From: Octopus vulgaris
Lineage: Eukaryota
Direction of reading: 5' to 3'
NCBI GenBank assembly: GCA_951406725.2
Contig: OX597814.1
Span: 41,292,001-41,356,000 of the forward strand
DNA length: 64,000 nt
A program made the translations under genes and the position numbers. This document shows positions 12,621-27,788 of the stretch, one piece after another. Under the pieces are notes generated by a model that saw only the letters and a list, made by a program, of their open reading frames with translations, ran no database searches and had not been told where the DNA came from. The first letter of the stretch is position 1. Every line of letters starts with the position of its first letter.

Positions 12621-14829
12621 ACTAGTAAAAACCACTGGTGCATCAAATTTCTTCCGATAAAACCAAGAAAATTTTTTTCTAAACATGACTAATGCTTATT
12701 CAAATGTTGTTCATGTATACAAAGTTTTATGTTTTTTTATATTCACAACTCATATTGTATGTCAACAACAGAGAAATATCGTACTCTAAGTAACATATTT
12801 CAATCATATAGTATCTCGCCCACTATGCGAATTAGATTAATTACACTAAGCAGTTATTTGCAAAAGAATATCAAATACAGTATTTCTTTTACTTGATAAG
12901 CACGAATATTACACGCTAGATATTAATTATCTTAAATTTTGCTGAACGTAGGGCAAGTCACTTCATAAGGAAAGAGACATACAATCATATTCTTTCTAGC
13001 ATTTATCGTCAGGTACAATTTTTTAATATTAATTATACATTATCTAATTCATTTGATCTATTAAAGTCGGAGAAGTGTGACCGGCGTGTGTTCTGATATG
13101 GTTTGAGCTTTTCAAATCATGTGGCGTCCTTTTTTGGACAGCACCCTACTTTCTAGCATTAACATATTCGACAATATTTTGCCACTGTGTAGGCAGGAGG
13201 TACATTCCATACAATGAATTACGTTTTCATGTATTGTGGATCCTATGGCTTCTAAATATAATTCAGAGATAATTGTTAAATTTCACGCAATTTTCATTTA
13301 ATGGAACATATATTTATATTGTATTTGGAATGATGGATGATTTCAATTTCAAGATCTCATGATTTGCTTGTGATATATGAGTTCTTATTTTTATCAAAAT
13401 ACTACATAGTTTCAGCAAATATAGTTTTAACTAATGAGATACTGTGATTTTACTTAAGTAATCTATTAATTATTTTCTATATTGAAGCTAAGCAGCTGGG
13501 TTCTCTATCAATGTATAGCACCTATCTATTTGCTTTCCATTTATTGGGATAATATTTAACAACAATATTTTACGAATGCTAATGCGAAATCTATTTCCTA
13601 GACATATCTTTGTTCAAAAATTCGAGCATACTGTGTTGTACGGTTTTGTTTTAATTGTATTACCAATTCATGCTGTATATTTTATTACAACATCCATTTC
13701 GTAGAGACACTCACACACAGATATCTACAGAAGTATATGGATATTTGATATAAATAGACAGATATAAGTATATATACGTGCAAGCATACTTAACGATTAT
13801 TAGCTTAAAATGAGCGTAAATATTACTTTTCTCTATTTTTTCCAAAAAGCGCTATCTTTATTACTATTGTGCCTATCTCTTGAGGCCAATCACCAGGTAC
13901 AAACTCCTTAATGCTAAATCTGCTTCAGATTGAACCTCATACCCGCAAACTAAATATAAGACATTTGGAATTTAACAAATTCCCAGAGTCCATCACTCCC
14001 ATATGAAGATCCTAAGTAAACATAATTACAAGAAATAGATATGTGGAAAGGAATTTTGATAAAAATCATTATTGTTAACATGACAACGCTTTCTCTCGTT
14101 TCCATTCTGTTTCTTGAACATTTAAACTTCATAACTACTGAGTTTCTGTATGTATTTTGATATTTAATTGTTCAACGTTTTTATATCCCTTCTGTCATAT
14201 ACATTCCATTCCATGCGTTTCTTTCTTAATTAAAATCCATTCAACATTGTTATGCTTATTTTTCTAGAGATTTAATTATATGTATTTCACTAATATAACT
14301 TTCTTTAAAAAAAAACAAAAAAACAACATACCTCTCCCTAAATATATCTCGAGGCATTACACATGTTTTCTACACGTCATAATTTAAAAGGCTGTTGAAA
14401 AATAGAGGCACGAATGAAATTTTACACTCTAGAATGGATATATTACTACGTGTCGTTGGTAGATATTCAAGAAGCAGCGTATTCATTAGACGTAGTGTAT
14501 GAAGCTTCTTTGTCTATTAGACAATTATGACTTTTAATAAGTTTGAAACTATGAATCTTCAGTAATGAAATGTCAAGTTATTATTGTTTTAATCTTTTAC
14601 GTAAATCAGCCCGTAAGCAGCGACCAGGCCGGGAGAAATCCATTTGTGATGCCACACTTTTGCTGAGCATCTGTTTTTTTTTTTTAGTTTGCATTTGGCG
14701 AAGAAGAGAGATCGAAGTTACAACTCCCAAGTGTTTCTGTCACTGCCAAGTAGAATTCCAAATAGAATTTTGAAAATATTTATATTCATTCCATATGTCT
14801 CTTCTAGGTCGTTTCATAGGATACTGAAG

Positions 14830-15620
14830 ATCTGTAAGATGTCATTGCTCTAACTAGTTATAAATCTGAATGTAAAAGATAAGATTTTTAGCACGATGCT
14901 GTGACGACCTGTTTGATGAGTAGCATAGCTTTCAATGCCTAATATTTGTGCATGTCTTTCCAGAAGTCTCGAGATATTAGAACTGTATAACTTTTCTGTG
15001 TTTGCTTTCGGAAGCAGAGTTTAAACTTTTTCAAGTTTTCCAGAGTTGATATATTACTTAAGATTTATTATACATAATGTGGTAACTTCAACGGTGACGA
15101 ATAATCCAGACGGCTGACGAAAAATTTTCTCCAGAGACGATTATGCTTTCCTACTCTTTTGTTCTGAAAGATCTTAGAAACTATTAAGCTAGCGGTGTAC
15201 ATTTCCTTGTCATCTTAATAAGATGTGTATCATTTTGATTTATCATGCCAATACTAAAGTAATATATTGATTTTGATTTTGACTCTGGGATTTTACTACA
15301 TCCTGGCTCAGTGAATTTTGTCTCCATGGATAAATCTTTGTGCAATATTAGCGGAGAGTGTACAATATTTTAGCATTACATTTTCATATTATTTCCTTCA
15401 ACCCATTTGCATATATTGTTTAAACTGTGTTTGATGAGTATGGCATTTCTATGTTCTCAATCAACTTTGACGATTTGGTATCATGTACATAGCTATAGCG
15501 TGTAACGATCAGTATAGTTCGGGACACGTCAGTGTGATCCATATTGTACAGCAGTGTCCTCAATATAGTCTCTCGTCAGACTCCACTTTTTTATTATTTC
15601 ACCTGGCAGATGAGGCCAAT
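14830..15620 (-). mobile_element. Highly decayed CR1-like LINE RT and C-terminal remnant
   Basis: Reverse strand YVHDTK (YADDTK), LNNICKWVEGNNMK, FLRSFRTKE, FVSRLDYSSP, LWKT..LKKFKL segments. Confidence 0.65.
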
Positions 15621-18600
15621 TGGCTAATATTGCTTGACTTTTAACTTTCGAAATATTACGTGACTACCACTACACAGTTTTCCCACTATACCGAGATCAT
15701 TTTATTCCCTACTAGTATCTATAAATATTTATATTACCATAACTAATGCAACAGCAAATGCAAGACCAACAAGAACAAATGTACAAAATCAATGATAACA
15801 CACGAATGTGAAAAAAAACATTCCGTTTCCCTCAGTCACGGAAATAAAAACAAATGATATGAAATGCCTAAAAAGAAATGATTTGTGGGTGCGAAAGTAC
15901 AATCCAAAGATTTCTAGACTCGGCTGCAATATGTTACCTGATTAATTACAGGTTACAAAAAAGGGTGATTTCTTAGAAGTGAATCAATATAAAAGAAATA
16001 TGACTACAGCAGCAAAGCGCTACATATATTAAAATATATTTCGGAGTGTGGTGAACAGTACAACACGTTGCAATATTAATAGATAGTGCAGGCGTTGTTG
16101 TCTCACGTGTAGAGTTGTGGTTACAATTAGTGACACAACGCGCGTATTTATAATGCATTTTCTATACACCAAAAATTCAAAGACGAGGCGATGAAAAATA
16201 AGTAGTGTTCTTTATCCACATGTAAACAGGGATAATGATATCTATAATGAAATTACATAAGGAAATGACAAATAAATCACAAATATATAAAACATGGACA
16301 CGGGAATATATCTTGATTTACAGGTGCTGCAGCTTGAAGACCTGGGAAATTTGTTCGTCTGAAAAATTTTGTTTTCGAGGATTGCAAAAAAGAAAATAGG
16401 TCAATGTTAGAATAACAATCCACCTGAAGTACGACAAAATTAGTTTTCTTCTTCAACTGCGAGATTGGATGCCGACAATACCATTATTAAACGATGTTTA
16501 ATAATGTTATTGCCGACCATACCATTATTAAACGATGTATAACAAACCACTCTACCACTGCAAGAATATCAACAATGTCTGCAGCGGAAATAAACGCGTT
16601 ATCAGTAGCTAGAGAGGCTTGAAAAATTATATCTAACCGCTTCCATCATGAACAACCGAATCCTCAACACCAAAATTATAAGCCCCACATCCACATTCAA
16701 AATACCTACCAAATAAGGAGAGGCCAACGACCATGCAACAGACTCCAGATGATATATAGTAGAAACGCAGTCATGAAGTAAGAAAGGAAGGAGTTCCGTT
16801 TCTAACCTATGATACCGTAAACGCAATGTTTGATAGTACCATAACTATGAACACTCAACAGGTCAATGTTTAGCAGATCCATCATCCGATAAGCCAACTA
16901 TCACAACAAAATTAAATAAACATGAACCAGAATAAAAGGAACCGTTATGTTCAACAAACTAGAACACTATCCAGAGAACTGTAAGCTACGATCTGTACAA
17001 TATAAGCTAGTATCAAATGAAACAGCAATACCAAAAACAGGAACAGTATGTGTAACGGAATTCCTATTTCAATTGAGATTCTACATGAGATAACATTCTC
17101 AAAAATTACATATGGGTGATTTTTAGTGAGAAAGAAAAACATAAGGTGTGTATCGCTCTCTTAGAAAACATGTATAAGATGTATAACTTTGGAAACAATT
17201 TTAGAGATGCCGGAGTTACCTTTCAATCTCTTCGAATATATTCCTAGTTCATGAAAGAGATACACCGATTCTTCTCACCTCCTGTTAAAAGTAGTTTTAC
17301 TACAATTAAATAACTTATATACATGTTACATTCGATATATGGGCGCGTAATCAAGCGTCTCGTGGCATTGATTCTAGTTTTAATAGTTATTAGTGTTCTA
17401 TGACTTCAAACACGAATTTGCGCGCCATCTCTCTGGATGGCTACGTGACCTTAATCAAGGTATCAGCGACCACCACTATCTTCGTTATATAGGGGCACAA
17501 ACGAACCTTACATTTTTGATAGATTTTTGATCAAAAACAAACCTCTGAAGATAAACTTTAACCAGCAATTACCTATACCCATTAACAATAATGTGAATCA
17601 CAAAACAGATAACACAGCACGATATTTTGATTGACCATTTTATTCTGAAATTTAATTATCATAAACCTAGTCACCTTACCCCTACTCCAGAAAGCCTAGA
17701 TAGATGGACGAACAACTAATCTTTCATGGTAGTGCTCTCTCATTTTTATCCAATTTTTGCAAAATTCCAATATCGAAATTTTGTAACCGTAAAGAAGCGA
17801 TGTATTTTAAGATTGCGATATCTGGTGTCACGTTCACAATAGCAACAATGCGGTAACACACATTCAGTTTCAAATTTTGGGAAACGGCAATGGTAATTAT
17901 AAATCCTGAATCACGTATATGTCAACAGAAGTTATATTGTGTTGATTAGATTTGTTGTGTTAGTTATTATTGAAAACGAAAGACGAACAATAACATAACT
18001 ATGAAGTTCAGTAGTCTGATGCATCAAAATAATGTAGCGATACATGTAGTTAGATTGTTGTTAGATATGCAGGTATTCGAAACAGTATGTTGCAATGAGG
18101 CTGGAAGTTGGATACAGTCATATCTAATAAATGTATATCTGTGTGTAGGTATGCATATATGTATGTAGACATATAAATCGATACTCACACAGTTATTGAA
18201 TGAGGAAAAGTGAAACATTCTATCGACAGTAAGGGATAAAGATAAAAAGATAATTGTATGAGTGTGTGGAAGGAAATCACCCGGTGAATGAATTTCTGGA
18301 TGGATGAATCAATGGATGTTTAGGGGAATAATTGTTGGAATGGACTGATTAATGGATATAGATATAAATTGATTCATATGTCTAGAACGTAATGCTGATA
18401 GGGATATTAATAACAACTATACTTATTTTGATTGCTAGACAGTTATATAGGAAATTGATTGATGGATTGCTTCATTGATTAATTAATGACTTGTAAAATG
18501 TTAACCGAAATATTTGTGTTAATGACGGAAATGCTCTAGTGTTCAGAGGATATCCTCGTTATTTAATATTTAAACGTAAAACACATTTGAAATTGTATTC

Positions 18601-18945
18601 ATACATGAAAAAAAATAAGATTCACGTCTATTCATGATATTGCAGTTCTTACCGAACGCTGTTTTCTCTTTTGTGCTTTAATGAGAGAATTTCGAATTTA
18701 GTTGTAAGACTCCCCTCGTCGCTGTATTCCTATAGCAGTGCAATGAAACAGAAATTGATATTACGAAGCAATAACGAGATACTCGGTTTCAAATACCCGA
18801 AACAATCTAAAGCAATAAAAATACATATACGAACGTACATCTACTATATAAATACACCATCACATATATATACATACATATATACGATCACGCGTTGATG
18901 TAAATCTGCAAAAGAGATCAACTGCAGTAGACTGTAACATCGATA

Positions 18946-19244
18946 TTTTTCATGGTAAGTGGGTGATCAGAGTTTATCGATTCCAGCGGACCAAAAAGTG
19001 TACACTTTCATGGAACAAGAAGTTGGATTAATCCAATGCTGTTACACTAAGATGATTGTCGCATTGATATATGTATAGCTTCTACATGTTCTATATTAAA
19101 AGACGGCGGCACTAAAAGCTAGAACGAAGAAGCGAAAATTAAACTGTCATATACATGGAAAATCCAACTTCTTGTGCCATGAAAGTGTAGACTTTTTGGT
19201 CCGCTGGAATCGATAAACTCTGATCACCCCCTTACCATGAAAAA
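18946..19244. repeat. 84-bp inverted repeat with ~130-bp spacer
   Basis: 18946-19029 is the reverse complement of 19161-19244 with about 3 mismatches. Confidence 0.92.
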
Positions 19245-19717
19245 AATCCTTGAATGTCTAGCATCTAACTTTGGGATTGAAACTTATAGTCGTACCCATT
19301 TTGAACAACGTAGAATTTTACAGTCTCCCTTCCGTTAAAGCTCTAGAATCACAACGTTTCCCTCGACTACATTTGTTTGAAAATCTAATCGAAAAGTTTC
19401 AAGGATCTAAGATAAACAGACGTGAAGAAGCAAAACATGCAACTTTTTCATTTCATCTGAGATGAACAAATATGACTACATGTGATCATGATGTTGATGT
19501 TGATATCCTCTTCTTCTTTTAGGTAAATTAAAACACGGTGAGTGGAACGTTAAATTGAGCAAAATGGCCATAGACTGTGAGCATGTGTCTGGCTCAAACA
19601 AATATAAGTATGAATATTTATGCATATATGCATGTATGTATGTATGTATGTATGTATGTATGTATGTATGCATGTATGTATGTATGTTTATATGTATGTA
19701 TGTACTTATGAATGTAT

Positions 19718-19935
19718 GTTTGGATAACCAGTAATTTATTATCTCCCCCTTTTTTTACCTATCCCCTCCAACAATTTTTTCCAACCAGTCACCATGATTG
19801 ATCACTAAATCCGCATTTTACTTTATTCTCTCTTTTTATATCCTCATGCTACTTTCTACAAAGGAGCGTAGGCTCCAAAAGTAAAAGTCTTTCTCACTTT
19901 CCCGAGCTTTTCTTTTTCTGTAAATTTCAACAATA
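19718..19935 (+). mobile_element. Decayed solo PLE terminal repeat with eroded HHR
   Basis: Aligns to the reverse complement of 28900-29170 (AATTTATTAT..., AACCAGTC.CC.TGATTGA, GAGCGTAGGCTC..AAA, CTTTCTCAC...CCCGAGC). Confidence 0.7.
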
Positions 19936-19973
19936 CTATATATATGTGTGTACTTGTATACAGAGACACACAC

Positions 19974-20037
<64 letters not shown>

Positions 20038-22664
20038 GTTAGATAAAGAGAATGAGTTATGCTTGCCTGCGTTGAATTATATATATGCTTTCTCTAAGCA
20101 ATTTAAGGTTAAATCTGAATTATCCTTAAGTAATTTAGAGCAACGGTTGTACTACATCCAGATGTACTGTGGCGCATAGTTAAAGAGATTTATGGTTACT
20201 TGTATGTTTTATTATATATTACATGTATTATTTTCTTAGCGGCTAGACGTATTCCGTTGTTATACTTTTTGTGTATTGGAGTTGCAGAATGTGTCTCTAA
20301 CCTTACAATAAATGATTTAAAATTAGTAACTGTTTGCATTATGATTGTAGAATTAATGAGACCGGTTTGGAATATGCTGGTAATTTCTTTGATTTTCTTA
20401 CCCATTTAAGTGATATTTAATGCTCTTGGTTTGAATCCATGAAGCTTGGTCATTAATTTGTGTTGAAATCATTATTGATTATGCTTGTTATTATATTTTG
20501 TAAGATTTTAATACTAAACTAACGAATTTCGTGGGGTTTATTTTTCTGCTTCTCTTTTGCCTTTAAAACGTGTCTGAATTATATTAATGTGTGAAAAATA
20601 ATTTTAAATCGTTCCTAAATATTCTAGAAATAACATTTTAGCAATTTTTATGTTAAGGATCGACTATTGATTTTCATTTAGTATATTAAAAAAGTTGTAT
20701 GTTTAATACTAATTACAAAATTTATAGGTTGAACGGTAGAGATTTATATTCAGATATAAAAAAAAAAAAACATTGTGCCTTAGCATCTTAGCTAGCATGT
20801 AACATTGGCTTTAGATCATAAGATCATAACAAAGCAGCAAACAGAAAACCCAGTAAACTTGCCTTCGCTCTTCTATTATTGCCTACTGATGATAGCGCGG
20901 TGTGCATTTACATATCCCTGTTTGAAACTTTTCCCATTTCCAGAGAGATAGAGAGAGAGCAAAGAGAATATAGACTACATAGGAAATAGAATATAAAATA
21001 TATAGAAAGTAATATATATACATATGCTTAAGGATATAAACACAGGTTAACGCTTGTCACATCCTTTCGACTGCATTCCAGTTTGGATTTATTTATTAAG
21101 GAGATGTATAATGATGTTACTTGTCCTTTCGGAATAATAGAAGTCCTAGAATGTAAGTTGGATTAAATGTACAGATATATTTGAAAGTCGTGTGCCAAAT
21201 TCATATCACATATTTATTCTTTTGATTTGTATACCCAAACGATGGATAAAATATGCAATGCGATATCCTTATCACCCCCCCATGCTTATATCACACGTTT
21301 ATATCCAGCATTTGTTATTGACTATTGCAGGAATATTATAATTTCTTTCAATAATCATATATTGAGAATCTCTTTCAAGTTAGCTTGCCTTGGAGCCTAA
21401 CATCACTCCAGTAATAATTACCCTGGTACATTTGCAGAATATTAGCAAAGCTATGTACAGTCATTCTTTTATATTCTCTCTATATGTAGTAATGATGTAA
21501 GTGTTCACTTATATATTTGGGTATTAATATTTAATTCGTCGCTCTTCATTTCTGCTAGCTGTTGGGAATATGCAGCAGATAATCTATTCCAACATTTATT
21601 ACTTAATGTTGTTTATCGCATCCGCCATGAAACCGGAGATATATATATATTGGTATTCAAATTCCCAACTGTCTTTGCAGGAAAAATTATGCAGAGACTT
21701 CACAGAAGTTTTCTTAGTTATACTGATGAGTATCAAGCATTATGTTTTTACCTCATTTATTATTTGGCTAATTAGCATATGATAGTTTGTACATAGTCCA
21801 TGAGTTGTGCAGGGAATGTTTCATTGAACAAGTTGCAAAACAAGATCTCTGAAGATCGTATGTTCAATGTATTATTGCGTAGCATTAAATCATGGGCTTT
21901 CTCACACAGATGGAAAAAATGGCAGACTGCATGCACAATGTTTCTTAAACTAACTAAATGCAGATGATGTTAGTGATAAAATTATTATGCTTTAATAGAT
22001 TCCCTTAACCCGTATACATATAAAATTACTAAACAAACACAAATGAATGGCACTTTGCAAGTAAAATGGTATTTTTCAAGAGAATTCACTTCGTCCCGTA
22101 TTTTAGTTTGAGCTAGCTTTATGTTAAACAACGACAAACAACAACAGTTCTCCTATGATGAGAGTGTGTGTGATTCGGTATGGGAACGTTGTCACACAAT
22201 TGATATCTTACCATGAGGTATTATATAAGAATGGATTCATATAGATGGAAGGCGGAAAAGGTGGAACTATAATATTTTCGATTGAATACAAGATTCTAGT
22301 ATGTATTTAGCTGATAATAAATCTGCTTTACTTGACCATCGCGTAAAGCAGGATATTGTATAAATAAGCTCTGGAGTATAACAAATTAATTCTTAATCCA
22401 TTGTAATGAGGCTTCGCAATGAATCGCAAACTGATGATAGAGGCACTCATGCAGCTTAGAGAAGCTACAATAAGGACGAGGGCGAATATGAATCCAGAAA
22501 CGTTGCATATGCATCACGACTTGCTCGAGTCCTTCGATATTTGACAGACAGGGAGACGGGTAGATCAGCGAGCAAATTTGCCGGTGGGAAGGCCACCCTC
22601 TAACGTTCATTATTTCGGTCACATGAAGTCCAGTCTTTAAGAACAATTTGACGATGCACACCCT

Positions 22665-22792
22665 TATAGTTGATGCGCATGAATGGGTAAAATAATCTAT
22701 AGCTGAATCTTTTCAAAGAGAACCCTACAGTCTGACGCAGTGGTAGAGGAAATGAGTCTCTGAAAATGTAGATGGTGTGGAGTAGAGACTCC
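22665..22792 (+). pseudogene. Short decayed 28S rRNA-like remnant
   Basis: TAGTTGATGCGCATGAATGG resembles conserved 28S TAGTGACGCGCATGAATGG; a downstream AGTCTG...GTGG.AGAG..ATGAG...GGTGT also resembles 28S. Confidence 0.4.
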
Positions 22793-23224
22793 TTATAGAG
22801 GAAAGTTTATTGTAACAATAGGTTTAATTAGCTGAATGCATGTCAGTCGTTCGAAAATTTAGAAACCGATATTGCATTATATTTACTTCTATGCCCAATT
22901 ATTTGTGCGTGTGTGTGAGAGTGTGTGTGTGTGTGCACGTGTGCGTGTGTGTTTGTGTTGTTCTATATCAGGTTGAACAATAAGGCAGCAACGTTTTGAA
23001 CAATGAGGAATTTGTACCGGATTTTTGCAGAGTCTTGAATCTTTTTAAACATGTTTTTCTTTTTTGAAATTTTTGGATAAAGCTGACATAGACTTGCCAA
23101 ACTGCATCAATAAATTAACATTGATAATTTTTCACCGTTGTTCCAACCATCACTCTCGAGTTGAACAGTCGTGTTTTCTCTTCTGTGAAGCTAAGTACTT
23201 CTCGGTTTTAAAAAGTTTCCTTTT

Positions 23225-23545
23225 CAACCACGAAGTTCCAGGTTCAGTTTCCCTCTGTGGCACATTCGGTAAGTGTCTACTATAAAATCCTTAGCCCAAA
23301 GGTCTATGAAATAAGTGCGTGTGTGTCTGTATGTTTGTGCATGTGGATCTCTGTGTGTATTTATATCCATGTTTGTCACCGACAACAACTTCATAACTGG
23401 TGTACATGTGATTAACTACCTGCAACCTAGCGTTGCAGAATAAGTAGTAGGTTTAAATTAATTACCGTGCTGATTCATTCGCTCGAAAACGGTCGAAGAC
23501 TGTGCGTCACAATAACTGCAGTCTGATGATTGTAAGAAGTAACAC
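23225..23545 (+). mobile_element. Degenerate CORE-like SINE family B
   Basis: GTTCCAGGTTCAGTTTCCCTCTGTGGCACATTCGGTAAGTGTCTACTAT, GT-rich middle, then a 3' part similar to 4280-4480. Confidence 0.65.
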
Positions 23546-25187
23546 ATATAAGATACATATGTAACACACACACACACACACACACACGCATATGTATATA
23601 TATATATATATTGATCTGGGAGGTATGTTGCGGGAGATTGCATCTTTTGTCGGTAGAAGCGTTTTGTGGGAAGCTAGGCAGCGGAATTTCGATTAGAGGA
23701 AGACATGTTCTCATTTCCTAAGTATCCACGGATGCTGCTTGGTAGAGAATGGGTATTTCAAATTGAATGAGGTGCATATTCATTCTTTCGAGTGTGGATC
23801 TAGCAGATAAAAAGTGTCAGAGTTAGTGGAAATGCAATAGAAATATTTTGCTAATATATGCAGTTCAAACATTGATTTTGACAGTTCATTTCTCACCACC
23901 AGCAGTAGAAAACTGAGATATCTCTTCACAGAAAGGCAATATTTGTTAGAGAATGCTATAATTCTTAAACTCTGCTGTCAATAGATCGTAACGACTTAGG
24001 GAGCATTTGATTCAGAAGCTATGTAGTTCTAAGTCGGGGGCCACAATGCGTAAAACTTTATATGTTGCTAATGAATTATGGGAAAAAAAACATTAGTTGA
24101 AACGGCACTTTATTTTCATCGTTATACTGTAATATAAGTCTGCTTCCAGTTGTTCTTATACTAAGGACATTTAGCAATCTAAGGGCCTACCGCTTTGTAT
24201 TGACAAACAGAGTGGGTGACACTTGTGATGGGAGAGAATATGTGCTCTTCTGCGAGTTATCAAGTTTCAAAGAGGTAGAACTAATATTTGGTTCTGTGAT
24301 TATATTTAAATTGAGCAAATTAGGTCAGACAACACAAAAGACATTTCTTCTCCTATTTGCTTTGACTTACGTTTCCCTCGAATCGTTACAAGTTAACAGA
24401 TACCGCTTATAAATTTCTTAATGCAAGATCCGATAATAATAGGAAGAGAACTTATAAAAAACCTGAAGATTAGGCTGAGAATCTACGAAGCTATTCTTTA
24501 CATAGATGATCTTCCGTAGTTATTGTTAAACACATATCCTTACCATTAATAGCAAACACCATATATTTTCGAGTTATGATGATTCGTATGAGTATGCATG
24601 TTTGTGTATGTCTGTTTGTGTGTGTGTGTGTGTATGTCTGTATGTGAGTGTGTTTGCCTATGTGTCTGCGCGTGTGTGAGCGAGAGAGTGTTTGTGAATC
24701 TTTGTCTATGTGTGTGCGTATAGCATTGCCTGTGTACTGATAATGTGTAAAATATAGTAGATATTACATATACATACACCCATAAACTTAGATAACTACA
24801 TGTACATATGTTGTGTGTGTGAAAGGACTATAAATATAGATTTTCAAAATATATAATTTGGAAAGGAGACGAGAGATATCAACAATAATACTTGAAAACA
24901 AATGCATGAAAAAAAGTGCAGAATCCTACTCTAAAAGATGTTCAAGAGTTATAGATCATGTAATTTATATTTCTTTCGGTTTTCAATTGAATAGTGGAAA
25001 CAGAAATAATAAAAGAAAATAAACAACTATATTTTAAGGATAGAAATTGGAAGTAAATAAGGTTGTGTATGGCGAGGAGAGGAGGGTTAAAATAGTTACA
25101 AATGTAAATGGTAATTGGAAGATGAGTGAGAAAAGTGGAATATTGAAAATCAATAAGCCAATATGTAATGTAGTGAATATTAAACAA

Positions 25188-25235
<48 letters not shown>

Positions 25236-25929
25236 CATACATATATACATAGATACGTACGCTGTACGCACATATGCACAGAAAATTCAAATCCATATAT
25301 GATTACACTCTAGAGGCCCATGAATATGACGCTGTTTTTCTTTGTGTGCGTCTACCTTTGTATGTATTCCTGTATTTGTGGAGAAAAAGGTAGTGAACGC
25401 TCAAAAGAAATACACAGACGTAGGGAATAGTTACGGTTGCTAGTGTGAATATAGTGTGTTTACGATTAGAAGATAATAGATATATGTGTGAAAATAATCG
25501 AATTTTTAGAAAATAAGAGAAATCCTAGTGTGGAGAGTGCAATATTTAAATCGTAAATAATTTTGTGAAGTATAAATTCTTTCATGTTGTTCGAAGCAAG
25601 GTAAGTTGGATCAGAAGTACGAAATATCTAGACAATCCATGCCAATGGAAAGACGCAGAGGGATCAAGAAAATGGAATGACAGATCGGATTGAAAATTGA
25701 TCATATATACGAGGAAATGCGTTGAGAAGAAAGCACTGAACTGAGTGCGTAACTCTTTAAATGTTCTATCCATGATATATAATAGAATATGATATAATAA
25801 GTCGTCTTGTATATTTATATATAGTATACGTTACACTTGTTGCATGGGTCAGCAGAAAGATACTTCAAGTCACATGTCATGATAGATTATTTGAACAACA
25901 AACAAACACACACACACACACACACACAC

Positions 25930-25991
<62 letters not shown>

Positions 25992-26749
25992 CGTTTGTAC
26001 ATATAAACCCTCTTCTTCAGAAGCGGTTATGCTTAATCAAGAAATTCGAACGAGACGAGATATTTGACGTATCGTTGGATTCACAGGTCAGTGCTGGCAC
26101 ATTTAATCGAGTAGGGCATTTTATGAAATATATTTATATATTGTATATTTATACAAGAAATTTATACCGAGATAAGCGATTGGTCAAAGCCCACATCTAA
26201 GACGTTCATTCACTACATAACGGTAGGAAAGAAAGAGAAACCTATATTCATCTGTCTTTCTGAAAAAACACCTAAATTCATCTGTCTCTACAACACTCAT
26301 GAAATACGACTTCGGTGTCGTTTCCTTGGCCGTACATCCAGACAATTACAAACCCTACTGTACGCCAAATATTAAATTTACGCACATACACAAATCGCCC
26401 AGTAGCGTTTAAAAACATATTTAGCGTTATTAATATGTTTCACAATGCATTTCCGCTGAAGAGATTTTACGGTAAGGTGCCCCACCCATGCTATAATAGC
26501 GTCCTGGACTGAAAGAGATGATATGCATTTCGTCCAACGGAGTCTACAAATACACTTATGAAAGTAACATTGCTCTCCCCATCCACATTTGTCCGCGGAT
26601 GTTAGAACTAATGTACGTAAAACTATTCCTATACTTGATAAAATAACAGATCCCTGATAGCTATAGCAAGAAACCTTCCTAAATTATTCGGGACAATTCT
26701 ACAGCTGCGGCATGAAATATGCATACTCCAGATTGCAATTGCGGGCATC

Positions 26750-27230
26750 TAGATACCTGCTCTCTAGATTAGATAACCATGGTTAACGAAGCCTAAGTCA
26801 CCTTCCTTCTGCCAAATAAGAGAAGCAAAAGAAAGAAAAGTGTTTTCGACAATGCGAAATTGAATTCAGAAAGAATTACGCGAATCGCCAAATTTTTTCA
26901 AACCCGTGGACAAAAGTAGAATTTAGCAAGTGATATCTAGAACATGAAGGAGATCAGTATACCACACACAATCAAGTGGAGAAACATAGAGAGATCGAGG
27001 CGTACATTAACGGATTAAAAGGATAACTATACAGGGTATGAGTAACTGATTAACCGAGCGTAAGTATTACATAAAGAATCTGCCGTAATCTTCATAACTG
27101 GAGGTCAAAAGCTTTAGAAGATAAATGATCCTCGGTTAGTTTCTCTTATCGAGCTGGAACACAAGACCTAACTGGATTACACACAGTTTAAAGCACTTTA
27201 GTCGTGTCTTAGCTTACTATCCCTGAGAGA
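26750..27230 (+). mobile_element. Possible decayed CR1-like LINE 3' end
   Basis: Weak: QDLTGLHTVFK..L...L.TIPE-like segment near 27160-27230, resembling the CR1 C-terminus. Confidence 0.35.
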
Positions 27231-27524
27231 TATAGTTTGTTGAAAAACAGTAAATTCTCCACATTACGTATATTTTCCGTGTAGCAGATTAAAGGGAAGA
27301 AACATAGGTTAAACGAAACAAGTTAATTTCATTTCCATTGAAACATTTGTTAACACTATTTTATCGTTTTGTTTCCTCTTATGCTTGCCATTTCTAGCAT
27401 CTTCTCTCAGTGTAATCATGTTATTCCACCCTGATTGAATCCAAGATCCCGTACGATACATAATATAATCCTAACCAATTAATGAAAAAAGAGAAATAGA
27501 TGCATGCCTGAAATCTGACATCAT

Positions 27525-27665
27525 TCAGATGCCAAATCCACTCACAAGGCTTTGTTCGATCCGAGGGTATATTTAGAAGACTCTCGCCCAAGGTGACGGA
27601 CAGTGAAACTGAACCGGGAACCATATGGTCGGTTAGCAAGTTATGTACCACACTGCCACTCATGT
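27525..27665 (-). mobile_element. 5' half of CORE-like SINE family B
   Basis: Reverse strand GGCAGTGTGGT...GGTTCCCGGTTCAGTTTCACTG...ACCTTGGGCGAG...AAAGCCTTGTGAGTGGATTTGG. Confidence 0.75.
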
Positions 27666-27750
27666 TGCTATAGATGCATACATACATGCATGCATACATA
27701 CATGCATACATACATACATACATATAAATATCTATATATATATATATATT

Positions 27751-27788
<38 letters not shown>

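Noticed and set aside
16320-16400. Possible host exon after TTTACAG
   Set aside because: Stop codons in all frames within 80 bp and no recognisable protein.
16470-16540. Short tandem duplications (also 35947-35999 and 54822-54855)
   Set aside because: Two-copy local slippage duplications; not CRISPR-like and with no sign of function.
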